Below are positions 1 through 14,355 of a stretch of DNA of 33,000 nucleotides, one piece after another. The notes under the pieces are model-generated. The model made no database searches and was not told the origin of the DNA. It worked only from the letters and a program-made list of their open reading frames with translations. The DNA comes from Dicyema japonicum. Its lineage: Eukaryota > Animalia > Dicyemida. The position numbers and the translations under genes are program-made. The stretch spans positions 403,001 through 436,000 of the forward strand of contig RDEW01000003.1 of the NCBI GenBank assembly GCA_011109175.1, in the 5' to 3' direction. Each line of letters opens with the position of its first letter. The stretch's first letter is position 1.

Positions 1-345
1 TTCGAAGAGGGAAACCTTTGGTCTAGGACGCTACTTGTGTCGACACGCTTTGCCCGTCCAACATTGTCGGGAACGCGGTAGACACACTGTATTCCGCGGA
101 AAAAACGATGAGGACAAAGGAGAAGAATACGAAGCGCTACGCGACCGATTCGCGTTTTATCCGATAGTGGTCGAGACAACTGGAGGAATAAGTGGAAAAT
201 CGCTTCGCTTCCTAAAGAAACTTGGACGCTTAGCTGCACTAAAAAGCCACGACGCACGTAAGACCCGGTGGCTACTCCAGTTGATCTCTGTTGTGTCAGC
301 GGGGTCCACTTTGGATGGATGGTAGTTTTAAATAAAAGAATAAAT
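1..345 (+). mobile_element. 3' fragment of a CRE-like non-LTR retrotransposon (restriction-like endonuclease C-terminus), degenerate
   Basis: Across frames it reads KPLV*DATCVDTLCPS ... FYPIVVETTGGISGKSLRFLKKLGRLAA, homologous to the better-preserved copy at 1494-2445. It is followed by an A-rich tail. Confidence 0.75.
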
Positions 346-599
346 TTGTGTTTTTAATAAAAGAATTAAATCTGAAATAACACAGACAAAAAATCAAAAT
401 TAAATGGCCGCAGCTTTCATTACAATTAATCTGATTTGTGTGTTTATGACTAAATTTGATCAAACTGTGCTGCTTAGTTATACTAAATCCCACACATCCT
501 TACTTTAGTAAGACCATTCACTTTCCTCTAAACCGTCATGATAGCTTAGTTTATTTCACGTTTCTTCAATTCTTCTTCATTCAATAAGGAGTTTGACAT

Positions 600-1410
600 T
601 CCATAGGAAACATGCCACAGATATGGCAAACAATTTAAGAAATTGTGATGAATCGTAACATTCTCCCTTTAATATGGAAAAAAGCTGTCGTGAGGATGAT
701 TCCAAAACCAGGGAAGCCAAAGAGAGATCCGGCAAGCTACAGGCCAATTAACTTAAAAAAGTGATAGAACGTATCATTTTCAAAAGGCTAAGCAGACATA
801 TAGAGGAGAATGACTTTCTGATTCCGGAGCAGTGGGGTTTTCGTCCGGAAAAGGCTGTGCAGACTGCTTCTTTCTAATGAATTTTGAAATCATGAAAGTA
901 AGGGATTCCAAAAGACAAATAAACTTATTATGTCTTGATATCTCGAAAGCCTTGATATCTCAACAGTGTATGCCATGAAGCGTTGTTAACGCAGCTTATA
1001 TCAGCATGTGTTCCAAGATACCTATTTGTTTGGCTAAGAAATTATCTTCAGGAAAGAAAATCTTTTCTGAAGATGTGTGGAAATATATTTGATGCAATAT
1101 CATTCAAGAGAAGAGTACCACAAAGTTCACTTTGTACAAAAAAGTTACACGTCAGCCGACACATAACTGTTCATCTTCAAGGGAGTTATTCTCCCTAGCC
1201 TGCTTTATTGGTGAGAGGGGTGGTTCTTCTCTTCAAAAGGGGAGATCTTATCCCTCCTAGAGAAGACAAAGAGAGCTGCAATTAAGCTCTCCTTAAACAA
1301 GAAACTGAGAGACTGTCTAAGCGAGGACGAAGACAAGCTGTTAGAACGGATTAGCAAGAATGTGGAGGATCGGCTCAATGGTTTCAGGAGGAGATCAAGA
1401 AACCAGAACA
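600..1410 (+). mobile_element. Degenerate LINE reverse transcriptase remnant (L2/Jockey-like)
   Basis: Broken RT motifs IPKPGKPKRDPASYRPI, VIERIIFKRL, EQWGFR, LDISKA, LFVWLRNYLQER and a thumb-like GVILPSLLY..LEKTKRAAIKL, with many stops and frameshifts. Confidence 0.8.
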
Positions 1411-1493
1411 TACAGCGATACAGATAAAAAACGGAACACTCATTTTCTCGATTTTTTCTATTGAATGATTAATTTTTCAACAAAAATAGAATT

Positions 1494-2445
1494 TTTTTTT
1501 TTTTTTTTTTAATTAAAAAAATTTTTTTAACAATTAAACAAATATCAGTTGAGGAAGCCTGCTGCGTGGATTGCGAACGAGTTCCCTCGGAGTATGGCTA
1601 TTCCAATCTTTTGTCTTAGCCATAGCCCTTCTCGTTGATCCCTTTTCTTTCTGGCAAGCAATCCTCCGAGTTCTTGCAAGAATTCAGCCGTCATTGGACC
1701 AACGGCTCCCGATGATTCGGTCGCAACAGGAGTAAATCGGTAGCGATCCCCCGAGGCAAGAATATTTCTTGATTTTTAGGTTTTCCGCGGTCGAAGCAGC
1801 TGCTCCAGGTGTCTGAACAGATTTAAAAATGTTCGTGCTTGAGAACGTGTCTATGCAAGTTGCGTCCCAGACCAAAGATCTTCCAGACGTGAAGGGGAAA
1901 AGGGTCATCCCGTCAGGTCTCTTCCCATCTCCTCGATCAAGACCCACTGGTTCAAGCTGTGCTGGGAAGCCTGAAGCTTTCAGAGCTCTGACGATCACAT
2001 CATTCAGAGCAGCATGACGTGGTCCCCTTCCGGCGCTTCTTCTGCAGGACAGCGGGTGCAATCCTTTCACATCGACTGTTTTCCCGCATCGGCATCGGTG
2101 CTCCTGGCAAACGTCTAGTCCCAGCCTTTGTCCGATTCCAATCCTCAAAGAATCGTCGTCCAAAAAGGTCCCGAGGTTTGGGCAAGGTATTGCACCAAGC
2201 CATGCTCCACTCCCTCGACTTGAAGCTGACACCAAACAAGCCAGACGATGTTGATTTGCTTCTTTCTTAAGGTCCTTCAAAATTTTGGAGCAGACAATGT
2301 CATCCCAATTCTTTGCTTCGTTGTGTCTTCTGGGATTTTGAGTCCGGACCCGTTCCATTTCCGACAAGCTTCGTCAAATGACTCATTCCAGCAAAGTCCA
2401 ATTGTGTTATGAAGGACTTGCCGTGTCAAATGACTGCAGCTTGAG
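1494..2445 (-). mobile_element. 5'-truncated CRE-like non-LTR retrotransposon (CCHC zinc finger + PD..D restriction-like endonuclease) with poly(A) tail
   Basis: ORF 1684-2367 has HRCRCG..HPLSC, RHAALND, RPDG, LVWDATC and E..K..KY. After a frameshift near 1750 it continues FTPVATESSGAVGPMTAEFLQELG..LRQKIGIAILRGN to a stop at ~1545. Poly-T at 1492-1510; candidate TSD AGAATT at 1488-1493 and 2446-2451. Confidence 0.9.
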
Positions 2446-2620
2446 AGAATTAAAAAAAAAACTTAACTTTAGCCTTTTAAAAAAATTAAAACGCCCTATA
2501 TTTTGGTACGTAATTAAATCCAGTTTTTTTCAGAACAAAATAAAAAAGAGAACAAAAAAAATTCTCTATTTTTTCCAAAGTTTTTTGAACCCATTTTTAT
2601 TTTATTACACGTGTTGTTTC

Positions 2621-3599
2621 TTGTCACATGGTTCTACACTTACATACCAAGAAAAAGGAGAAATTATTGCTTATTATAAAGTTGGAAAGTCATATCGACA
2701 AATTCGAAATCTTTCCGAAAGATCCCTCAGTGCTATCTCGAGAGTCACCATGAATGATTCTTTCGAGAGAGAGAAAAAAAGGCTCAGGGCGAAGATTTTC
2801 CCTTAACTCTGATGATCTCGAAATAATTGAAGGTGAACAAAAAAGTGATGTTAATTTCAATTCTGCAAAATGTTAGAAAATTTTACGTTATGAAACGGGA
2901 ACTGTTGTCAGATCACAGACAGTGAGGAACTACCTGAAAATACTGAATATATCGACGTTTCAGCCTACGAAAAGGCCACATCTAGCGAAAAAACACAAAA
3001 CGACGAGAATTTCTCAGTGCACGAAATGGAACATGTTACCAAATGTGTTCTGGAATCGATGAATCTATTTAATCCCGATGGACGAAAATTTGTCTGGAGA
3101 AAGATGGAGAAAGGCTTTTAAACAAAAATGTTACCACAACAGTGAAGTTCGGAAAAGGAACGTAATGGTTTGGGCCGCATTCACATCGGAATGTTTTTCG
3201 GAACTTGTGTGGATAAAAGGAATTATGAATGGGAACTTATATGTAAGCATCTTGGCGGATAATTTGTTGCCTTTTTTGGAGAAAACAGGAATCCGGTCTC
3301 CAATTTTTCAGCAAGATTCAAAGCACACCTGCTAGGTTGCTAAAGACTTTTTCAATGAACACGGAAATAAGTTATTACAATGGCCCCCTCAAAATCCCGA
3401 TTTGAATCCTATCGAGCACGTGTGGGCCTTCATGAAACAAAAAATAAGGGGAACCGAATTTTAAAAAAGTGACCTATTCTAAGAATTGAAAAAGATTTGG
3501 AACGATCTCACGATAGAATATGCGAAATCGCTTGTTGGATCAATGCGGAGTAGATTTTTAGAAGCAATAAATGCTCAAGGGGGTCATACTAAATTTTGA
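2621..3599 (+). pseudogene. Tc1-family DDE transposase, frameshifted
   Basis: N-terminal HTH (LTYQEKGEIIAYYKVGKSYRQI), VMVWAAF, IFQQD, WPPQNPDLNPIEHVW and terminal GGHTKF*, with several stops and frameshifts. Confidence 0.9.
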
Positions 3600-4402
3600 A
3601 CTATTTTTGTTCTCTTTTTTATTTTTTTGAAAAAATGGGTTTAATTACTTACCAAAATCATTGACGTTTGGATTTTTGTAAAAGGCAGAAGTTAAGCTTA
3701 TAATTTAAAATTCAATTTTTTATTAAAAAAATTAATCTTTATTTAGAAAAAATTGAAAAATTGGCTGTTCCGTTTTTTATTTGTATCGCTGTATCTATAA
3801 AACTGGGTGAAACGTTCTGAAAAAAAATTTTGAAAAGAAGGATGAGTCCAGGTGTGGAGTCCAAGCCTTATGGTAAGACTCTTATGTAATACCTTCCTTA
3901 TTTTGGTAATAAATTGTTATTGTATTGTTGTTACCGCGACATGAGATGACACGTGTTACATACCAGGTTATTTCGCCGCTCCTGTTTGAAATTACATGTA
4001 ATTAAATACATCAATTAACAACGATTTTTGTGGCCGTCCACCAAGTTAGCTGACTTTGAGACCTTGCTCACATGGTCCAATACTTCGAATCGACTCTAAA
4101 ACGAATTTTAACATTAATCATATTTTTACATTAATCCTAAATTTCTACCTCTTCTAACTTGGGGACCGAACCCTTGTGGTCTCTAACCCGTCATTTATGT
4201 CATAATTAGGGGGATTTTTATTTTGACTTCATAAATCGGAAATTTTGACCTTTTTTGACTTCATAATAAATTTATCTATAAAAATTTTTTTTAATATAAA
4301 AAAAACTAATCAAAATTTTTATTAAAATACAAAATAATGTAATTCAAAACGTTTTCGGGTTTAAAATTTCGGTCTTTAGATATTAATTTTTCTAATAAAA
4401 AA

Positions 4403-4505
4403 ATTGGAATAGCCATACTCCGAGGGAACTCATTCGCAATCCACGCAGCAGGCTTCCTCAACTGACATTTGTTTAATTGTTAAAAAAATTATTTTGTTTA
4501 AAAAA
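4403..4505 (+). mobile_element. Very short 3' copy of the CRE-like LINE
   Basis: Near-identical to the reverse complement of ~1520-1607 (ATTGGAATAGCCATACTCCGAGGGAACTC..CTTCCTCAACTGA), plus an A-rich tail. Confidence 0.85.
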
Positions 4506-4875
4506 ATAAAGAAAAACTTATTTCAGCTTATAAGATGTGGAAGGACTCTTTTTCAGATAGTTTTATGCATGTGTAGAAATATGTTGTTTTTCATTTTTTG
4601 TGATAGAAAACACTTGATTGACAGTTAAGCGGATATCGGTTTCGTAAATCAAAACAAAAATTTTTCAGATTTATAATGAATGAAAATAAAACCTCAAAAA
4701 TAGCTCAATTCTGTCAAGCTGCTTCTGGCATAAATTTTCTACATAAATTTTCTCTAAGTAGAAGGAAGATTATGTCCAATACTCTCAAACGAGTCTCGTA
4801 AGCTTTTACTGTTAACTTATGCAAGGGTATATCGGATTCGACAAAAGCTTTAATTTAATTTTAATTTATTAATTT

Positions 4876-5074
4876 TGGTCCAATGACGGCTGAATTCTTG
4901 CAAGAACTCGGAGGATTGCTTGCCAGAAAGAAAAGGGATCAACGAGAAGGGTTATGGCTAAGACAAAAGATCTGAATAGCCATACTCCGAGGGAACTCGT
5001 TCGCAATCCACGCAGCAGGCTTCCTCAACTGACATTTGTTTAATTGTTAAAAAAAATTTTGTTAATAAAAAAAA
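4876..5074 (+). mobile_element. ~200-bp 5'-truncated copy of the CRE-like LINE with 13-bp TSD
   Basis: About 4 substitutions versus the reverse complement of ~1525-1700; poly(A) tail; AATTTATTAATTT at 4863-4875 and 5075-5087. Confidence 0.9.
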
Positions 5075-5087
5075 AATTTATTAATTT

Positions 5088-5195
5088 ATCAAGAAGCGGT
5101 CCGGCTGAGGCAAAGAATTGGTATCGCAGTTGTTCGCGGAAACGCTTACTCCGTGATGTCAGCAGCCTCTCTCCCCCATAGTTAATAAATAATAT
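5088..5195 (+). mobile_element. 3' end of a divergent CRE-like subfamily
   Basis: Translates QEAVRLRQRIGIAVVRGNAYSVMSAASLPHS*, paralleling LRQKIGIAILRGNSFAI, followed by an AT-rich tail. Confidence 0.7.
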
Positions 5196-5757
5196 TTTAT
5201 TGTTAATAAATTTTTGAAATATAAATAAAAAATTTATCAACACATTGTCGGCAGATGGGACGAGAAAATCAAATTGACACCTTTAAAATTGTAATAAAAA
5301 TAATAAACCTGCTAATTTGATATGCTTCTTAGAAGATCCTCATGATTCTATAAAAATTGCTTTTTTGCAGTTACAAATGTCCCACATAAATTCCAAAAAA
5401 GATTTCCATCAGAATATTTTCTAACAACAGACTTAATCTTTTTAATGTCATTCTTGATTTAATGCGGCAACACAGTGAATGATGATAATTGATCCCACGC
5501 TAGTATTTTATTTGAGAACTTTAAAAATTAAACAATAAAAAATAAAAATCAATAAATATTTTGACTTTATTGACCTTAAAAATATTAAATTTTGACTTTT
5601 TTGACATTACCCAAAATTTTGACTTTTTTTGACTTTATAACTTTTGATTAATATAATATTTTTGATTAAAAACTACATTTTTATAAGTTTTAAACAATTA
5701 TAAAGAACATCAATTTTTGACTTTATTGACAAAAATCGCCCTAGTCAAAATAATCAT

Positions 5758-7190
5758 TAGGGCGGAAATTGTCTATTAGGACAAAAAAATAGGACATTGT
5801 CCAATTTAAAAAAATAAAATTTTCCTAAAATAGGACATAATTATTATAATTATTTTTTTAGTTTTTTTTCATTTCATTTTTAATTACACGTCAAAATTTG
5901 TTTTTTGTTGTGTGTTTGCAGTCTTCATTTAATGACAGGTTTGTATTTTCTCAATTATTAAAACTACTAGAACTCAGAGAAAAAAATAGGGAACTAATTT
6001 CAAAAGCAATTTCCAAAAACTCATACATATTGACAAGAACGCCTAAAGGAGATTTATTTTGCCAAAAATGCTCAAAGATAGTAAAATCATCTAACAACAC
6101 TACATCGATAAACATCTTAATGAAAAAAGACATCAATCAGAATGCCAAAAAAGTATGGAGACTACTCAAGTTTTTCTTTCTGAAGAAAAAGAAAAACTGG
6201 ATATCTTTTTGGTCAAAGCATTTAAAAAAACTATTCCTAAAATTAAATTATCATGTACCGTCTATTACTACGAAAAAAATATTCATAAACTATGATCTTC
6301 ATATAATGGAACTACAAAAAACATTCTTTAACAAACAATTCTATTTGATCAGCAACTTTACCCGGGTAATAATTTTAAATGTTATTGTCGGGACAATGTG
6401 TAATCCAGAGAATTTTTACATGGCAAAATCAGCAATAAATTCAGTACATTCGAATGTCATAATTCAAACAATTAGAAAGGACATACACACAAGAAAAAGA
6501 AAAAACAAAGAAGTGAAGAGCATTCCTTGTTTTCCCTTCACGATTAGTTATAATAACTGTTCTTTGCTTAAATAAAGTGTGTGTTCTGCCCGAGCGAAAC
6601 CCCAGGCATTTTACGTGCTCATGGCCAACGCGGGAGTGGCAAGATACTGAAAAATGAAAATAAAAAAATTTTTCATATTACTTGTTTTTTTCATTTGCGC
6701 AATGAAAATAATGTCAATAAAAATGCGTCATGAACTTTTTGAAATTGCGAAAAATAAATGGCTAAAATCTAATTTGGAAAAATCGCAAAGTCACGGTATT
6801 CAATCGAAGAAAGTTATGCAGACTTCGAAAAGATCAGTTCTATTTCGGTAAATGGGGATATTGAAAGGTATGAGAAGAATGATTTAATGGATGTTGTTAA
6901 AATGACTAACAAATCAATAAATCCAATGACATATTGCAACCTTCTAAAATGTCCCGCTACTTCAATTGCTGTGGAACAATCTTTCTCCCTTTTGAAAAAA
7001 CAGATGTCTAAAGATAGAAATTTCAATGAATTCAATATTGAAAAATATTTCATGCTAAATAAAAATTTATCTAACAATAGTTTTTGTCCATTTCCATATA
7101 AAATGTCCTAAAACGATTTGTCCTATTTTCTTCTTAAGAAGTCCTAATTGTACTATTTTGTTTTTAAAATGTCCTATTATTTCTGCTCTA
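5758..7190 (+). mobile_element. hAT-type DNA transposon with decayed transposase
   Basis: TIRs TAGGGCGGAAAT / ATTTCTGCTCTA. 8-bp TSD ATAATCAT (5750-5757) versus ATGATCAT (7191-7198). Subterminal TAGGAC/GTCCTA repeats. Zinc-finger-like LFCQKC near the N-terminus and dimerisation-like CPATSIAVEQSFSLLKK..DRNF at 6887-7111. Confidence 0.85.
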
Positions 7191-7544
7191 ATGATCATTA
7201 TTCTGTGTCAGTGCATTGAATATGCCATTTCCTAAAAATCGATTGGGGATAAACAGATGACACCCAAATTTAAGTAGTTAATTCATCCAAATAAAAACTG
7301 GTAAAAATTAGCTAAAGGTTCCTTTCACATGATTTGTAAAGAAATGCGCTCAATAAACCAGTTTCACTCTCATCTTCCTTACGATAAGCAAATCAATTCG
7401 ATCCAGCAGATTTAGACCAGTAACCTAAAAATTACTGTGTAAACTAGTTTCAACGAATTTTAGCGCAATTTAAAGAGCGGCCGGCACCCCTTTTATTTCG
7501 ACGCTCAAATTTCTGTGTCGTCTAGGAATCGGATTGCCACACGC

Positions 7545-7665
7545 AATGGAAAACTCCGTGAGCGCTGCTGTTTGAGGGAATCTCGTTAACCATCCTGAGA
7601 GGGAATATCCACGCAGTCGGGGTGGCTACTGCATGACCCTCAGATTAATTACTTCTTTATGTAAT
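7545..7665 (+). mobile_element. Old CRE-like 3' fragment
   Basis: ISLTILRGNIHAVGVATA* resembles the C-terminus of the CRE-like ORF. Confidence 0.5.
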
Positions 7666-7710
7666 AAAGTTTTTTTGATGAAAAATAGAGATTTAGTGTA
7701 AATATCAAAA

Positions 7711-11341
<3,631 letters not shown>

Positions 11342-11609
11342 TTCAAAAGACAAAAATATTTATAGTGAAAATAATTCGAATTTATTTTAATTAATTTATT
11401 TATTTTTAAATAAAAATTTATTAGTTTTGCAAGTAGTTAACACAGATTTAATTATATCGAATTTATTTAATAAATAATAAAAAAACCCCGGAAAATTAAC
11501 ATTTTTGGCACGTGCTCTATGAGGCATCATGATTGAAAATTTCTCTTCCTTTTTTTATATTGACGTCTTCCTTTCTTATAATAATTTTATTTAAAAAATA
11601 ACCCTTAAT

Positions 11610-12180
11610 TCATTCTTTCAGAAGATCTTCATGACCGAGAAAATTTTCATGACATCTATCCACACCAACCTCAAGTTATGACTTGATTACTTCATCAACG
11701 ATCGAAGGGGGGTAACTGATAATAAACAACAAAAATTCAAACCCGCATCTCCTAATCTTCTCCAACATCGTTTAACTTGTTCCCCAGTGACCTTTCCTCT
11801 CTAGTTACTTAAAATTCCTGCTGATCTCGTAATGGCAGCAAGACATCGAAGACACGAGAAGGCAACAGGCTTCGTACAAGAGGCATTAGACTTTGTGGTT
11901 CTCAATTCTTGAAGGGTATCTAAAAGTCTTACCACGTGAGTCACATGTAACGACGATCACTTCTTAAGGGAAAAGAAGACGGATATCTCCAGCAATCAAT
12001 TTGCATGGACTCACATCAAGTGGATATGATAGCCTCTACAAGAAAATGAGAATTCATAAAGATTTTTTGCATTCTATGGTATCTCCCATTACTTTGGTGG
12101 AGCTTCTATACAAACAATTTGGTTTACCGAGCATCTGCCAAATCTCGCAATTAGTGCAGAATAAAAAAGTAGTCTGAGAC
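11610..12180. other. Probable small spliced gene, unresolved
   Basis: Coding-like composition between AT-rich spacers, with several candidate 20-27 nt GT..AG segments. The best open stretch is + strand ~11970-12177 (KRRRISPAINLHGLTSSGYDSLYKKMRIHKDFLHSM..). No recognisable domain. Confidence 0.35.
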
Positions 12181-12250
12181 GGCTACAAATTTTATTCAAT
12201 GGAGTTGTAAAAGTATACTAATGAAAACAAAAACTGGTCAAAATAGAAAA

Positions 12251-14355
12251 TTAGTGTAAATTCCCAAACTGTTCATTCCATTTTTCGAATAAGGCCAGGT
12301 CATCACGGCAAACAGAAGGTCTTGTGTTTCTAAAAGCATTTCTGAAGTGGTGAATGTTTATAGGCTCAATCTGGCATATTCCCCAATAAAACCTGATCCA
12401 AAGAAATCGATGATATTTCTTCCGACGTTAGCACCCTCAGTGGTTCCAAAGCAGCCTCTCTGCACAAACCGGTCAAATCAGAGGCCGAATAATCTAATTC
12501 AAGAATCGATCAAACATTCAGAATTATTTCCAATCTCTTCAAGCTGGTCACTGTCGACTGAATTTTTATAGTTTTTTAGAAGATTTTCTGCCAGATTAAT
12601 CCTGTCCCTTCTGTTGGGTAGAGGAACGTAAAGACGTCGAGAGAACCTCCGTCTCGCAGCGTCGTCGAGGTCCTGAGGTCTGAGAATAATCATAAAGCTT
12701 TTGCCTGTTTGTGGCCCCAATCACCAAGACCATATCCTCGCTGTTACTGCCAATTCCGTCCTCGAATCACAACTAGTCTTACAAATTGTAGAAGAAACTC
12801 AGTCTTTATCCGTCTCGTGCAGTCACTTTCATCGTCCTTTCGTTTCATCAGCAAACTGTCAATTTCGTCTATAAAAATGACTGCAGGTTGTTTATCCCTG
12901 GCAACAACAAACAGTCCACGCACCAACTTTTCACTCTCCCCATACTACAGTCACATAAAATCCTTACCCATTTAGAAACCAGTGTAGACGCACTTATAGA
13001 AAAGAAGGTAGAGTTTGACTGACTAGCAATGCACTTTCCTAAATTCGTTAATAAAAATTAATTCCAATATAAAAATACAAACAAATGCAGCCAAAAATAT
13101 CAAAATAAAAATAGTAATAAGAATAAAGTACGACAGGATGGCTATAGAAAGGAAGGTAGAGTATGCATGGTCACTAAGCAGGCAAACGTAAATAGGCGCT
13201 GTGACTTAAAAATAGAGTTGTAGGACCAGGAAAGCACTTGGAACCATAAGACCTCGCACATATGCTGGATAAGCTGGGTTAACTCCCTTTGGTGTTAGAT
13301 AATAATAGAAAGGCTGTACCATTGGATTGACAAAATAAATGCCAATATAACCGACAAACTAACAAGGAAATCCATGAGTACACGTGGGCTACAAGGAGGT
13401 TCATGATTGAATTTAATAAGCATTTTATTAGGGGTTATAATTTCTTAGTTTTGAAGTAAAAATATGACAAATTACCGAGCATAGTTTTCCCGGTGCCAGG
13501 TGGACCGTAGAGAAGCAATCCTTTTGGGGGTCCCCTAAGACCGACAAACAAATCTCTAAAATACATCACAGTTAATAAACGGTCTCAAAAGTGGCCATAC
13601 AATAAGCTCCTTCACTTTACTCTTGACATCCTCCAGCCCGATAATATCATCCCAGTGAGTAGTCGTTATCGAGACGATAATCTAACATAAACACATCAAA
13701 ACCTCATTTTCTATCATTTTAATAATCTTGGAGTCAATTATTGGAGAAGAAAGAGATTTTTCCACAGGCTTTTTATCATTCACTTTTGAGTCTGCAACAG
13801 GAAGAGTAAAAGCCTTCATATTTCCCGCATTCCCACGGAACTCCTCTTGAGGCGGTCTTCATATAATTAAAATTATCACATTGAAATAAATTAAATAAAA
13901 AATAAATAATATCAAAAAAATTAAAATTTATATAATAAATTAAACAAGAAACTGAGTAATTTATGGAACGAGATCACAGATAGCTCTACTACTCGTCCCA
14001 GGATCAAAATAAACACAAATAGCAATAGACAATCAATCAACCTCATGAGATATCACCACCACACAAATGGGCAATAGACAATCAGTGATATCACCACCAA
14101 TATTGAGACCCTTTCATTTACACAAAAATTCGAATAAATTATTTTTAAAAAATAAATAATTCAAATTATAAAAATATTTTATAATTAAAATAAACCAAAC
14201 ATATTTAATAAACCATATTATTAAAAATACATTTTTTTCGAGCAGATTCTCCTTTATTGGCTTCAAAACTAGACTGGCCTGAGAAATTAACAGATCACTA
14301 CAACCATTTGTCTGGCAGTCATAAAGTCCTGGAGAAAGTCACCTTTGCTGGCCTT
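12251..14355 (-). CDS. FIGNL1: Fidgetin-like 1 AAA+ ATPase; 5' exons uncertain, may extend to ~14750
   Basis: IENE|[28 protein letters not shown]|[27 protein letters not shown]|[23 protein letters not shown]|[30 protein letters not shown]|DG..VIGATNR|[44 protein letters not shown]. An upstream exon carries FMTA (14314-14325), resembling the FxxA RAD51-binding motif. Introns include 13682-13702, 13556-13580, 13039-13475, 12945-12967, 12761-12782 and 12680-12704 (GC-AG). Confidence 0.9.
14013..14099 (+). repeat. Imperfect two-copy tandem duplication
   Basis: ACACAAAT..GCAATAGACAATCA..GATATCACCACCA occurs twice. Confidence 0.8.

Larger units (their letters stand above)
1413..3791 (+). mobile_element. 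Tc1/mariner DNA transposon, degenerate; left TIR interrupted by a LINE insertion
   Basis: TA-flanked ends CAGCGATACAGATAAAAAACGGAACA (1413) and TGTTCCGTTTTTTATTTGTATCGCTG (ends 3791). The imperfect inverted repeat continues at ~2455-2563 versus ~3600-3700. Confidence 0.9.
4207..5743 (-). mobile_element. Non-autonomous/decayed hAT-type DNA transposon
   Basis: TIRs TAGGGGGATTTTT / AAAAATCGCCCTA. 8-bp TSD GTCATAAT (4199-4206) versus GTCAAAAT (5744-5751). Subterminal TTTTGACTT repeats at both ends. Minus-strand transposase traces (GNLFWNLCG..SSKKH; AFVESDIPLHKL). Confidence 0.8.

Noticed and set aside
1829-2270. ORFs 1829-2017, 2000-2239 and 2019-2270
   Set aside because: These are antisense or alternate-frame shadows of the CRE-like ORF.
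5540-5745. CRISPR-like or iteron-like array of TTTTGACTTT
   Set aside because: Spacing is irregular and the context is eukaryotic. These are hAT subterminal repeats.
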